A DNA stretch of 64,000 nucleotides, from the NCBI GenBank assembly GCA_964016885.1, contig OZ024763.1, forward strand, positions 15,686,001 to 15,750,000, read 5' to 3'. Below are positions 25,880-39,703 of the stretch, one piece after another (position 1 is the first letter of the stretch; each line of letters begins with the position of its first letter). The position numbers were made by a program, and so were the translations under genes. The notes beneath the pieces were generated by a model that searched no databases, was not told the origin of the DNA, and was given only the letters and a program-made list of their open reading frames with translations. The stretch comes from Eledone cirrhosa (Eukaryota).

Positions 25880-26450
25880 TTCAGCAGAGATAAACGGGAT
25901 AAATATTGAACAAGGTAGGATGAAAATTTCATTGATTTCTTTTGTGATGAAATCAACAGAATAGCTGGGGAAAGGATGTAATATTTTACAGGAGTTGGTC
26001 TCTAGTGGTTAAGGTGGCAGGTGAACAGACTATAAATATATAGATATATTCCTTCCTTCATTGCAACATATTTGTTTGTTTTGTATATCAGTCTTTATCA
26101 TGCAGACTTATGATGAAAAGCTTTCCAGCTGTGACCATCTCATCTCATATATACATATATATATAGAAAATTAGAATTGGTACTCTGAAATAGCGATATA
26201 TATATGAATGTATATATATAGTGTATTTTGCAAACACTGTATGCTTAATTAAAAGCATTTCGAAGACCTTACGCTATTGTTTTAGAGTAGTGACAGTCTC
26301 ACTTACTTAAAATTTTCAGCAAACGGGGAGATAAAGCTGACAGAGGTCTGTTTCGTACTTTTTGCTAAGTACTCCACCTGTCTGCTGAAAATAATGAATG
26401 TTTGATTCTTATAGAATTCTAGTAATAATCACCACCATATATATATATAT

Positions 26451-26501
26451 GGCTTCCTGAAGATTTCATCTGAATGAAACAGTACTAGTCCTGTAGAAGC
26501 T
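26451..26501 (+). ncRNA. Candidate type I hammerhead ribozyme motif in a dispersed (Penelope-like?) repeat
   Basis: Stem I ggcttc/gaagct; core CTGAAGA; short stem II ttc-atct-gaa; GAAA; stem III cag/ctg; GTA cleavage triplet. Stem II closing pair is non-canonical (T-T). Confidence 0.5.
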
Positions 26502-26587
26502 CCTTCTATAAAATAAAAAAATGTTACTCTGCCATGTATTGAGTACCTTACTTACTGTGGTTATCCCCGACTCAACCTGGGACCTAC

Positions 26588-26655
<68 letters not shown>

Positions 26656-26984
26656 AGCCGTAGAAAACCAGCCAGATAGTCCTATACGAGCAAGACACGG
26701 TCACCCGCCCACTCTTGCCTCAAGTAGGACAATTCCCATCTAACCCATGCTAGCGTGGAAGATAGACATTAAACGATGATATATATATGCATATATATAT
26801 CATCATCGTTTAACATCTATCTTCCACGCTAGCATGGGTTAGACGGGAATTGTCCCAATTGATGCAAGATATATAGTGTGTCCCAAAATATGTATACACA
26901 CTTTGATTACCTGTACAGGCAATATTTATTAGATCACTATTGAAGTGTGTACACATTTTTTGGGGGGGGAACACACCCAGTATA

Positions 26985-27696
<712 letters not shown>

Positions 27697-27849
27697 CATC
27701 GTCATCATCATTTCTTAACATCCGCTTTCCCTGCTAGCAAGGATTAGATATATATAAAGATACTTTAAACATATTCTCTCTCTCATATATATTAGTGGAA
27801 GTAGAGGATCTACCAGGAGCTATGCAGTTTCAGCTAGTTACCTCTTCTG

Positions 27850-27897
<48 letters not shown>

Positions 27898-28094
27898 CAC
27901 AATCTTGAGTTTGTAAGTTTGATTCATGGACCGGGCGATGCGTTATGTCCTTGAGCAACACACTTTATTTCACGTTGCTCCTTCTACCTGGAGTTGCGAC
28001 CGATAGATAGTACTAGCAACTGGAAAGACAGACGAAAACATTGTTTCCTCGATCCAATTTGACGAAAGTCGATCGATCCTTATATATATATAAC

Positions 28095-29220
28095 ATAATC
28101 ATCCTCATCGTTTAACGTCCATTTTCCACGCTAACATGGGTTTGGACGGGAATTGTCCCACTTGAGCCAAGATTGGTTGTCTTGCTCGTATAGGACTGTC
28201 TGGCGGGTTTTCTACGGCTGGATGCCCTTCCTAACACCAACCACGTTTACAGTGTGGGTCTGGGAGGTTTTTACCGTGTTACCTACACGGCCACATTATA
28301 GCGTGGACTGAGTGTTTGACACCTACACGACCTCATTTATTTAGGACTGGATGTTGTGGTACCAACATAGCTTTACATCGAAAGGGGTGGCGTATATGGC
28401 GGTGGGGGTAGGGTTAGTGGGATGGGGGTGTATTTTGGTTAAGAGGTGCCTACTGACTGTAGGTTTCGCTTTGTACTTAGGCAAGGCGGGTCTTCTGTAT
28501 TGCTGCGTAGCGCCAAAGATCTCGGTCCAGTGACATTGTCTTGGAGAGGTGTAAGTGTGTGAGGTCGGATTTTATCAAGTCGTCCCAGGTTTTTCTGGGT
28601 CTGCCTACTCCGTAGCTACCATCAATTTTGATCGCCCTGCACTTTTTTATACAGCTGTCATCTTTCATGTGCATCACGTGACCGTACCAACGTAGTTTTC
28701 TCTCAAGTAAACAGCATCTGATCCCTCTTATTCCTAATTTCTCACTTAGTTCATTTATGCTTTACCGTTCGCGTATATTACTATTACACATCCAACGGAG
28801 CATGCAAGCTTCGTTCCTCTCCAGTCTGCGCAGATCCTCTGCACACAATGCCCATGTCTCACTGCCATGTAACATCGCTGTTCATATGCAGGCATCATAC
28901 AGACTGCCCATTTATTTTTAGAGAGAACCCTTTCGCAGCCAATAGTGGTATAAGCTCTCTGAACTTTTTCCATCCCGTTCTGACTCTAGCTACAGTACTT
29001 TCAGAGCACCCTCCACCACTGCTGATTTTGTCACCCAGGTAACGCAAAGTGTCCACTATTTCTATAGAACCATCTGTGCAATAGAATGAGTTAGTATTCT
29101 GTGGGCATTTGCTGCTACTTATTGCACCAGAGCACCGACCACATATAAAATCTATATTCTTAGTTAGCTTACCTGTGATCCCACTACATCTTTTATGCAC
29201 CCATACTGTGCATTTGGGAC
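28095..29220 (-). mobile_element. Degenerate RTE LINE 3' part with long 3' UTR
   Basis: CTVWVHKRCSG..ICGRC, EIVDTLRYLGD, GRPRKTW, DRDLWR spread over frameshifted ORFs. Confidence 0.85.
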
Positions 29221-31021
29221 ATATATATAAACATTGCAATCGAAAGGTTGTGAGTTCAATTCTCAGACCAAGTGATGTGTTGTTTCCTTGAGCAAGACAC
29301 TTTATTTCACATTGTTCCAGTTCACTCAGCTGTAGAAATGAGATGATAGGGACTGGGGTCCCTATCATTCCACTGCAAAGTGGTCGTGGAGGTGCCACGG
29401 CAAAAAAACACCCAGCACTCACTGTAAATGAGGTTGGTGTTAGGAAGGGCATCCAGCTGTAGAAATCAAGCCAGAATCAGTTCCCGTCCCACCCTTGCAA
29501 GCAGGGAAAAAGCGGACGTAAAATGAAATGATGATGATGATGATGATATATATATAAACAAAGATATTAAGAAAGAAAAGTGTTGGACAGGGACACATAA
29601 ATTAAGTTAATATTTTCTCAAAGTCCAGAAAGTAGATTCACCCCACATGGAAATCATGGCATATGAGAACTAGAGATCTGAGGAAGATGAACAGGGTAAA
29701 GTATAAACTGGAAGAATCTGGAAGAGGATATAGAGAGGGTAATGGTAGGTGGCTAGTTTAAAAGAACAGAGGTTACTGTAGTAGTGGTAGAAGAGGCAAT
29801 GAGAAGAAACTACATCTATATATGAATCAAAGGACATGAGCAAGGTCTTGCCAATTATTGGGGTGGTGTTATTTTGAATGTCACTAAATTCCTATGATTT
29901 TCAATTAATTTGAAAATAATTTAAAATGTTGAAAGATTTTGTAAAATAACCTTTTCGTTTTTAAGATGGTCTTTGGAGCATAATTTAACCACCCTTTAGC
30001 ATTTAAACCAGCCGTATCTGGTCAGAATTCTCTCACCTCTTTCTGTTGAAACTGGCTGTAACTGACCACTCATATTGATGTTAAGGTATTGTTCTGAAAA
30101 TAAATAATATCAAAATCTCGTAGATTCGATATTATGTGAGGTAAAGACTTTACCATGAATAATATATATGTATATATGTTGGTGTTTGGAGCATAACTTA
30201 AAATTTTCTTACATAAAATTATGATAGAAAGTTTTAGATAAATATAAACACTAAAACAAATGGCTTTGCTTTCTAGAATCAGCGTCAGTTTCAAGATGTT
30301 TAGTTTCTGTGAGAAGGGTTAAGATGTTTGTGCTTTTAGCCGCAGTACTTTCTAAGATATGTGAGCAGTACTTGACTTTTATAAAAGTTCAACAATTGAT
30401 CAGAACCAAGGCTGGAAGGGATGTTTGGAGATGTTTTACAACTGGATGCAGTTCTTGACATAAACCCTTTTAATCATCGCTTATGGTACGCAGGGTTGGA
30501 CGGGTTTATATAAACCAAGTCAGTACTGAAGTGGGGCTACTGACCTCCAAGACAGGCCGAAGGGTCTGTATACCACTTATGTACGGTCATATCAAATGTA
30601 GAGAAGTTGTTGTGTCAGTTCTCCTAACCCCTTGTTTGACAAGCTTTCTACGACTGAATGTCCTTCCTAACACCAATCATTTACAGCGTGTACTGGGTGC
30701 CCTTATTGTGTAGATCATCTACACTAGGGAGGCTGTCATGTCCTTGACACACTGAAGGGTTTTCTCAACCCTTTGTTTGGCAAGCTTTCTGTGGCTGGAT
30801 GCCCTTCCTATCACCAACTTATTCCAAAAACCAGGGTACATCTGGGATATCTTAAAAGGTTTTTATATCAAATAATGTTGGAAGGTTTTAATTTAAATAG
30901 GGACTCTTCAGTAATGGGTGGTTTTATTTCAAAGAACCAGAAATAGTTTGGGGTATGTTGGGAGTGTTAGTTAAAATATTGGGAAAGGAGAAGAAAATAT
31001 TGTTTGATAGGGATATAATCT

Positions 31022-31800
31022 ACACTGTAAAGTGGTCGTGTAGGTGTCATGATAAAAAGCACCCAGCCCACACTGTCAAGTGGTCGTGTAGGTGTCATGA
31101 TAAAAAGCGCCCAGTACACACTGTAAAGTGGTCGTGTAGGTGTCATGATAAAAAGCGCCCAGTACACACTGTAAAGTGGTCGTGTAGGTGTCATGATAAA
31201 AAGCGCCCAGTACACACTGTCAAGTGGTCGCGTAGGTGTCATGATAAAAAGCGCCCAGTACACACTGTCAAGTGGTCGCGTAGGTGTCATGATAAAAAGC
31301 GCCCAGCCCACACTGTCAAGTGGTCGTGTAGGTGTCATGATAAAAAGCACCCAGCCCACACTGTCAAGTGGTCGTGTAGGTGTCATGATAAAAAGCACCC
31401 AGCCCACACTGTAAAGTGGTCGTGTAGGTGTCATGATAAAAAGCACCCAGCCCACACTGTCAAGTGGTCGTGTAGGTGTCATGATAAAAAGCGCCCAGTA
31501 CACACTGTCAAGTGGTCGCGTAGGTGTCATGATAAAAAGCGCCCAGTACACACTGTCAAGTGGTCGCGTAGGTGTCATGATAAAAAGCACCCAGCCCACA
31601 CTGTCAAGTGGTCGTGTAGGTGTCATGATAAAAAGCACCCAGCCCACACTGTAAAGTGGTCGCGTAGGTGTCATGATAAAAAGCACCCAGCCCACACTGT
31701 AAAGTGGTCGCGTAGGTGTCATGATAAAAAGCACCCAGCCCACACTGTAAAGTGGTCGCGTAGGTGTCATGATAAAAAGCGCCCAGTACACACTGTAAAT
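31022..31800. repeat. 48-bp minisatellite, ~16 copies
   Basis: Unit cactgt(a/c)aagtggtcg(t/c)gtaggtgtcatgataaaaagc(a/g)cccag(ta/cc)ca. Confidence 0.95.
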
Positions 31801-32572
31801 GTGGTTGGTGTTAGGAAGGGCATCAAGCCATAGACTGTGTCTTGCTCATAATCGTGTATGAGCAAGACACAGTCATCTGATCTGGCTTGTCTCACAACAG
31901 GACAACTCATCTAACCCATGCCAATGTGGAAAAATGGACGTTAAACAGTCATAATGATAATTACCATGTAAATTGATCGTGATCATCTTTCTGTTCAAAC
32001 TGGCCAAAACTGGCTTAAATGCTAAAGGGTTAAAGTGGTCGATGATAAGAAAGGCATTCAGCGGTAGAAAGCTTGCCAAACAAAAGGTTTGGCGGACCCT
32101 TCCTTCAGTTGTATGAAGAACATGACAACCTCTCATGCTGGTGATCTACACGATAAATACACCCAGTACACTCTGTAAAGTGGTTGGTGGTAGGAAAGGC
32201 ATCTAGCTGTAGAAAACTTGCCAAACAAAGGGTTGGCAAGACCCTTCAGTTGTGCAAAGACATGACAACCTCTTATGTTAGTGATCTATACAATAATACA
32301 CCCAGTACACTCTGTAAAGTGGTTGGTGATAGGAAAGGCATCTAGCTGTAGAAAACTTGCTTAACAAAGGGTTGTAAGGACTCTTCAGCTGTTTGAAGAA
32401 CATGATAAATCTCTTCAGTGCTGGTGCCACAATAAAATACACTCGGTAGAATATGGAACTGTAAGTAAGCAAGATACAAACCCCCAGCCTGTCTGGGAGA
32501 TCAGTAGCCATTCTTCAGTACAGACCTGGCCTGTGAAGACCTGTCAACACATGTTAACAGGGAAAGTGGATA

Positions 32573-33150
32573 TTAACCCTTTAGCATTTACATTACTCTA
32601 TATATACTGTTGTATTTTCACAGTAAAGGCTTTATCTTACATAATATCTCACATAATATTGTATCTATGAGATTTTGATATTATTTATTTTGAGAACAAT
32701 ACCTTAATGTAGGTGTGAGGGGCTATTTACAGCCAGTTTGAACAGAAAAGGGTGAGAGAATTCTGGCCAAATATGGCTGGTTTAAATGCTAAAGCAGGGG
32801 TCCCCAACCTTATGGGTCCGCGGGCCGGATAGCCATGCAGCGGAGGCCCCGCGGGCCAGATGCGCAATTAATACTACTTATATACAAATAAGTAATCATT
32901 TATTTATCCCTTATGTTAGATTTGAAACAAAGTTCAATATTGATACTTAGAGCTGTCCCAAGCAGAAAAATACATTTAAACATTGTTTTATTCGGCAATA
33001 TGGATGATCAGGTGCGAATTTATTGCAAACTGTACCCTTTTTAGAACCCTCGCGGGCAGGATAAAGGCCTTCGCGAGCCAGATTGAAACCCTTCGCGGGC
33101 CGGATGTGGCCCACAGGCTGGGGGTTGGGGACCCTGTACTAAAGGGTTAA
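32573..33150 (-). mobile_element. piggyBac-like MITE interrupted in its TIR by a hAT MITE
   Basis: ttaaccctttagcatttac...tttaaatgctaaag[insert]tactaaagggttaa. Confidence 0.8.
32795..33136. mobile_element. hAT/Charlie-like MITE
   Basis: TIR CAGGGGTCCCCAACC ... GGTTGGGGACCCTG; 8-bp TSD tgctaaag/tactaaag; GC-rich subterminal gcgggccgga motifs. Confidence 0.85.
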
Positions 33151-33439
33151 ATGAGGATGATGATGACTTTAAAATGGTTAGTTTTATATCATAAAACCTG
33201 GATTAGTTTCAGGCAGGTTATAAGAGGAGTCATAGGTCTACTCAACCAGGAATGACAGAGCCAAACAACAAACAAACAAATCCGTTTATCTAACTATTTT
33301 ACATGAAATGTAAACAAGGAATCTCAAACAGGAAGACTTAAAAGGTAACAAATTATTTGAATGTCTTGAAGATATGATTCTGAATTAACCCCACTATAAA
33401 GAAAGAGGAAAATAGCAGCTTCACCACGGATATTATTAT

Positions 33440-34810
33440 TCTTATCCCACCGGTTAACTTTGCCTTTCGTCTTTACAGGGTCGATAAAATAAAGTACCAG
33501 TAATGCACTGGGTTCGATTTAATCGACTTTCCCCTCCCCTTCAAATTGCTGGCCTTGTGCCTAAAGTAGAAATTATTATTATTATTATTTAGTAGCCTGA
33601 ATGAAGGCGTGTGGCTTAGTGGTTAGAGAGTTGGATTCACAATTGTGAGGTTGTGAGTTCAATTCTTGGACCAGGCGATGCGTTGTGTCCTTGAGCAAGA
33701 CACTTTATTTCACGTTGCTCCTTCTGCCAGGAGTCGTGACCGGTAGATAGCATCAGCAATGGAAAGACCATGCGAATGAGGTCTGGGATCTTGTCGATCG
33801 ATCAGAGAGCGCGAGTAGTCTGAGAGTGGTGGATTGGCAGTGTCAGTAATACACCGTACAACATGCTTTACAGCACAGAGTTACGGCCCTTTGCGTTCTG
33901 AGTTCAAATCCCACCGAGGTTAGCTTTGCCTTTCATCCTTACAGGGTCGATAAACTGACCCCTTCTCCTAAATTACTGGCTTTGTGCCTAAATTAGAAGC
34001 AAATTATTTAATAGTCTAGCTTAGCAGTATCAGTAGAACATTGGACAACATACTTTGTGGCATAAAGTTACATCCCTTTGCATTCTGAGTTCAAATCAAC
34101 TGAAGTTAGCTTTGCCTTTCATCCTTAAGGGGTCGATAAAATAAAGTACTAGTAATGTACTGGGGTTGATTTAATCAACTTTCCCCTCCTCCCAAATTGG
34201 CCTTGTGCCTAAATCAGAAACCATTATTATTATTAAGGGCAGTAGATTGGCAGTATCGGTAGAGGCTCGGATGCCATGCTTTGCAGCAAAGAGTTACGGC
34301 CCTTTATGGTCTGAGTTCAAATCCCGTTGAGGTTAACTTTGCCTTTCATCCTTTCGGGGGGTCGATAAAATAAAGTACCAGTAATGTACTGGGGTAAATG
34401 CTGGCCTTGTGCCAAAAAGTAGAAACAATTATTATTATTAATTTGGCAGTATCAATAGAGCATCAGACAAGCTTTGTGGCATATAGTTACGACCCCCTGT
34501 GCTCTGATTTCAAATCCAACAAAGGTTAGCTTTTACCTTTCATCCTTATGGGGTTGATAAAATAAAGTACCAGTGATACACTGGGTTCGATTCTTACTGA
34601 GAGCAGTGGATTGGCAGTATTGTCAGAGCATCGAACAAAATGATTTTCAGCATTTAGTTACAACCCATTACCTTCTGAGATCAAATCCCGCCAAGGTCAA
34701 CTGCACCTTTCATCTTTCCAAGGTCGATAATATATATAGTACCAGTCATATACTGTGTTGATGTGATTGACTCACCCTTCCCACAAATTATTGGCTTTCT
34801 ACCTAAAGTA
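33440..34810 (+). mobile_element. Head-to-tail cluster of SINE family C copies, plus strand
   Basis: Repeated ggattggcagtatcggtagag...ctgagttcaaatcc...ctttgcctttcatcctt..gggtcgataaaataaagtaccag. Confidence 0.8.
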
Positions 34811-35787
34811 GAAATAATAATTATTTCTACTTTTGGCACAAGGCCGACAATTATCCCAGTGCATTACTGGTACTTTATTTTATCGACCTTGTAAGGAAGA
34901 AAGGCAAAGTTAACCTCGGCTGGATTTATGTGTTGTTTCCTTGAGCAAGACACTTTATTTCACATGGCTCCAGTTTACTCAGCTCTAGAAATGAGATGAT
35001 AGGGACTGGGGTCCCTATCATTCCACTGCAAAGTGGTCGTGTAAGCGCCACGGCAAAAAAGCATCCAGCACTCACTGTAAATGAGGTTGGTGTTAGGAAG
35101 GGCATCCAGCTGTAGAAATCAAGCCAGAATCAGTTCCCGTCCCACCCTTGCAAGCAGGGAAAAAGCGGACGTAAAATGAAATGATGATGATGAAAATGAT
35201 GAATTATGTGAGGTAAAGCCTTTACCATGAAAATACAATAGTAAATATAGAGTAATGTAAATGGTAATGGGTTAATGAAGAATTTTGAGGGATTTACTAA
35301 AATTATCAATTATTTCATTACTAAGCTAGTAACTTAATGTAAGGTTCTTATATAAAATTATATTGGAAGATTTTTATTTAAATAGGAACCCTTTAAAATG
35401 GGTGGTTTTATTTCATAGAACTAGAGCTGGGTTTTGGCCGGGTTGGAAACAAAAGGGTTAATACAAACTGAACAGGTGAAAATAATCTATGGATAAGAAG
35501 GAAGAGAGATTTGATTTTAGATATTAAAATTTGAGTATGTCTGTTGTTTGCTGGTGTATTTAGAAGACATATATTGTAGATGACAGAAAGTTATAAACCA
35601 AAATGTCTTCTTTAACCAATAACTTGGATATTGCAAATAATATTTTTTGCTTTTAAATGTGTATATTTATTTATTCAATAAGTTGTAATGGTGGTTTTAT
35701 TTCAGTTCTTATTTATAATGGATGATAAGCGAAAATAATCAAGTTGAAAGCTTTGAAAATATGAAAAATACATCTCAGCTTAAAATA

Positions 35788-36630
35788 GTGTGGTCTGAAT
35801 GCATTTTATTGTGGCACCAGCACTTCCTCGTTACAGGGTGTACTGGGTGCATTTTATTGTGACATCAGCGCTACCTCATTACAGGGTGTACTGGGTGCAT
35901 TTTATTGTGGTACCAGCACTACCTCATTACAGGGTGTACTGGGTGCATTTTATTGCGGTACCAGCACTACCTCATTACAGGGTGGACTGAATGCATTTTA
36001 TTGTGGTACCAGCGCTACCTCATTACAGGGTGTACTGGGTGCATTTTATTGTGGTACCAGCACTACCTCATTACAGGGTGTACTGAATGCATTTTATTGT
36101 GGTACCAGCACTACCCCATTACAGGGTGCACTGGGTGCTTCTTTTTTGTGGTACTAGCACTACCATCTTACAGTATACACTCGGAGCATTTTATTGTGGC
36201 ACCAGCACTACCTCATTACAGGGTGTACTAGGGCTTTTTGTCGTGTTACCAGCACTACCACCTTACTGAGTGGACTGAGTGCATTTTATTATGACTGGCA
36301 ATACCATCTTACAGAGCGGACTAGGTGCTTTTTGTCAGGGTACCAGCACTACCTTCTTACAGCATGCACTTACAGGGTGGACAGGGTGCATTTTATCATG
36401 ACAGGCACTACCACCTTACAAGGTAGACTAGGTGCTTTTTATAATGGCACCCTCTTACAGGGTAGACTGGTAGCATTTCATCGTAGCACCAGCACTACCC
36501 TTTTACAGCATGTAGTCGAAGCATTTTATCATGACTCTGGTATTGCCATCTTACAATGTGGATTGGGTGCCTTTTGTTGTGGTACCAGCACTACCATCTT
36601 ACAGTGCAGACTGGGAGCTTTTCCACACTG
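35788..36630. repeat. 47/48-bp minisatellite, progressively diverged
   Basis: Unit gcattttattgtggtaccagcactacctcattacagggtgtactgggt. Confidence 0.9.
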
Positions 36631-37714
36631 TAAAAATACACTATCACAGTGGTTCCCAAAGTGAGTTCCCCAGAACCCAAGGGTTCTACAAAGGAGTGTC
36701 TCGGGGTCCGTGAAAAAAGGTAGAGGAGTATATTCATATTACGACCATACAACAACAGTATTAGACTTTGGGGTTCCCCCTAAAGTTACTAATCCCAAAA
36801 GGGTTCCTTGTTTGAAAAACCCTGCACCATTGAAAGGGTTAACAATTCATGTGTTATATATAAATATTGTAGCCCCCCCCCCCTCCATGTCACCATTTAA
36901 TTCACAATAAGCAACTGTAAACAGTAATGGTTTGGAGAAAAACAAGACTACAATTATTAACAAATTCATTTTCAGAGTTATTTATAAAATGAAATTACTA
37001 TTATCTGAAGCGAAAAGAACAACAGAGTTGGTAGCCATTTATTTTGCTAACCATAACACACTGACACTGGCAAATTTAACTAGAGCTAATTAACAAAGAT
37101 TTTGTCACCACGTACGTCATTACTAGAGTTGTGTTGACATTTTAGTAGCACCAAGTTGTAGGCGGTGAATTAAACAAAGCCTTTCGAATATAGGATAGAA
37201 TGGCTTGCAGTGTTTGTTCTGCCAGATGTTCTGGGTTCAAAACCCACTGCATTTCATTATTTCAATGGAGTGGATTGGCAGAATCGGTAGAGCGCCAGAC
37301 ATGTTTTGCAGCATTGAGTTACGGCCCTTTGAGTTCTGAGATCAAATCCCACCGAAGTTAGCTTTGCCTTTCATCCTTATGGAGTCGATAAAATAAAGCA
37401 CCAGTAATGCACTGGGGTAATTGCTGGCATTGTGCCAAAAGTAAAGCCCTTTAGATTCTGAGTTCAAATCCTACCAAGGTTAGCTTTGCCTTCATCATCA
37501 TCATCACCGTCGTTTAACGTCCATCTTCCACGCGAGCATGGGTTGAACGGTTTTGTCCCACTTGAGACAAGATTGGTCGGGAGACCGTGTCTCACTCATA
37601 TAGGACTGTTTCTGGCAAGTTTTTTATGGCTGGATGCCCTACCCAACACCAACCACATTTACAGTCTGGACTGGGAGCCTTTTTACCGTGTCTCCTAAAC
37701 GACCCCTTTACAGT

Positions 37715-37975
37715 GGACGGATCTCGAGCCCTGAAGCTCATCAGGACGGTGCTTATTCTGGTTTCCGTGGTATGGAACGACAGAGTACAAGACTTACCCC
37801 TGGACAGGATACCAGTCCATTGCAGGGTTAAACCCCCAGCTATTGCTGGCACTCATTTTCAGCCGAGTCTACTGGAACAACGTGAAATGAAGTGTTGTGT
37901 TCAAGAACACAACACAACCCAGTTGAGGAATGAAACTCATGACATGATCATAGGTCCAATACCCTTACCACACAC
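37715..37975 (-). mobile_element. tRNA-derived SINE family D (related: 19520-19780 +, 18790-18930, 15030-15230)
   Basis: tRNA-like head and conserved central aaccctgc(g/a)atggactgg..tcctgtccagggg...gaaacc...taagcacc..ctgatga. Confidence 0.65.
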
Positions 37976-38445
37976 CTCCACTTTCATCCTTACGGGGTCA
38001 ACGAAATAAAGTATTAGTAACGCACCACTGGGGTCGATATAATTGACTTTCCCTTCCCCCAAAAATAAGTGGCATTGAGTCTAAAAAAAAACCCATTATT
38101 TCAATAGAGTTGATTTTTCTTCTACATCCACCCCACCTCTCTCTTCTCCTTCTGTAGAAGAAATGAACTGTGTTTCAGACCTGATATGGGGTTGGGCTCT
38201 GCCAGATTTAACCCTTTAATGCTCAAACCGGCCAGAATTCTCTACCTTTTTCTGTTGAAACTGGCTGTAACTGGTCACTCAAACTGATGTTAAGGTATTG
38301 TTCTCAAAATAAATACTTTCAAAATCTCAGATTCAATATTATGTGAGATATTATGTGAGATAAAGCCTTTACCATGAAAATACAATAGTATATATATAGA
38401 GTAATATGAATGCTAAAGGGTTAAAATACACCCCATCAGGAGTTA

Positions 38446-38618
38446 CCGTATTTCCCGGCGCCTAAGAGGCTTCGTCGTCGAGGACGCACTCTAATTTTGA
38501 CAACCAAAAATTAAAAAAAAAAAAAAATAATAAACAACCTTCGGCCTCCGGGACGCATGGCAGATTTTTTAGACTTATTTTAGGAAAAAAGTAGTGTCTT
38601 CGATGCTGGGAAATACAG
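38446..38618. mobile_element. pogo/Tigger-like MITE
   Basis: ta-CCGTATTTCCCGGC ... GCTGGGAAATACAG-ta. Confidence 0.65.
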
Positions 38619-39015
38619 TAATTCTTTTTTACTTGTTTCAGTCATTAGACTGTGGCCATGCTGGGACACTGCTTTGATCATACCAACACCAGCACTTATT
38701 TTGTCAAGACTGGTATATATTTCATCAATCACTTTTTTTTTTTCTAGACATACACGCACACATATATACATATACATATACACACATGTATCTAGCTTAG
38801 AATAGGTACATACATTGTATCCCTGCGTGTCATAAGAAGTGACTAAAAGGGTCAGGAAGGGCATCCGAAGTTCATCGCATGGTGCACTGGGTTACATCAG
38901 CATCATCAGAAATCCAATGACTGAAACCAGTAAAAGAAATAAATGAAGAGATGATATATCAACAGCTAAGGGTTTATATATACATATATATATAGATAGA
39001 TATGCATACATACAT

Positions 39016-39063
<48 letters not shown>

Positions 39064-39171
39064 TATATTTATATACAGCATTAAATGAAATACATTGATG
39101 TACAAAAGATTAAGAGTTGCTCCAGGTAAAGCCGCTACTTCTCCGAATTGAGAGATAACAGCTCTGATACT

Positions 39172-39400
39172 ACAGGCATGTGGTTAGAATGTCTCAAGAA
39201 AGAATCAGAATCGATGGACAGGAGACCCAGACGTAGACCTTGACCAAGATGGTCGGATAACATCCATGAGCTCGGCTGGTCACGCTTGGGGATCCAGCTG
39301 GATCAATTGGAGACGGTTGCTTCTGACAGGATCCACTGGAAGAAATGTTTGAGGACTCTACACCCCCCACGACCTTCTCAGGAATAAGTAGACAAAGAAG
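39172..39400 (+). mobile_element. Degenerate 3' end of a second RTE lineage (Expander/Rex3-like C-terminus)
   Basis: Manual translation HVVRM.. RRPRRRP*PRWSDNIHELGWSRLGIQLDQLETVASDRIHWKKCLRTL..PRP. Confidence 0.6.
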
Positions 39401-39703
39401 GATTAAAGAGGGAAAACCAAAACCTGTTGCAAGGAGTCACACAACAGATGTTTGGCCCACCAGACAAAAGAGCTAAGTAGTGTTATTATATCTTGCTTTC
39501 AAACCATTCAAATGACTGGGACTTTATTTAGTGACCCTAGAAAGATGAAAAGCAAAATTGACCTTGGCAGGATTTGATTTCATAACCTCAAGGGACGTAA
39601 TTAAATGCTTCAAAGTATTTTGTCAGATACTCGAATGATTCTGCCAATCTGCTTCCCACCCCAGTCCTAATAACTGTTTCAACTTTTGGCACAAGGCTAT
39701 AAT

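Noticed and set aside
37715-37760. CTGATGA in the SINE-D tail as a ribozyme
   Set aside because: No following GAAA or stem III (gaga instead); part of a conserved SINE domain.
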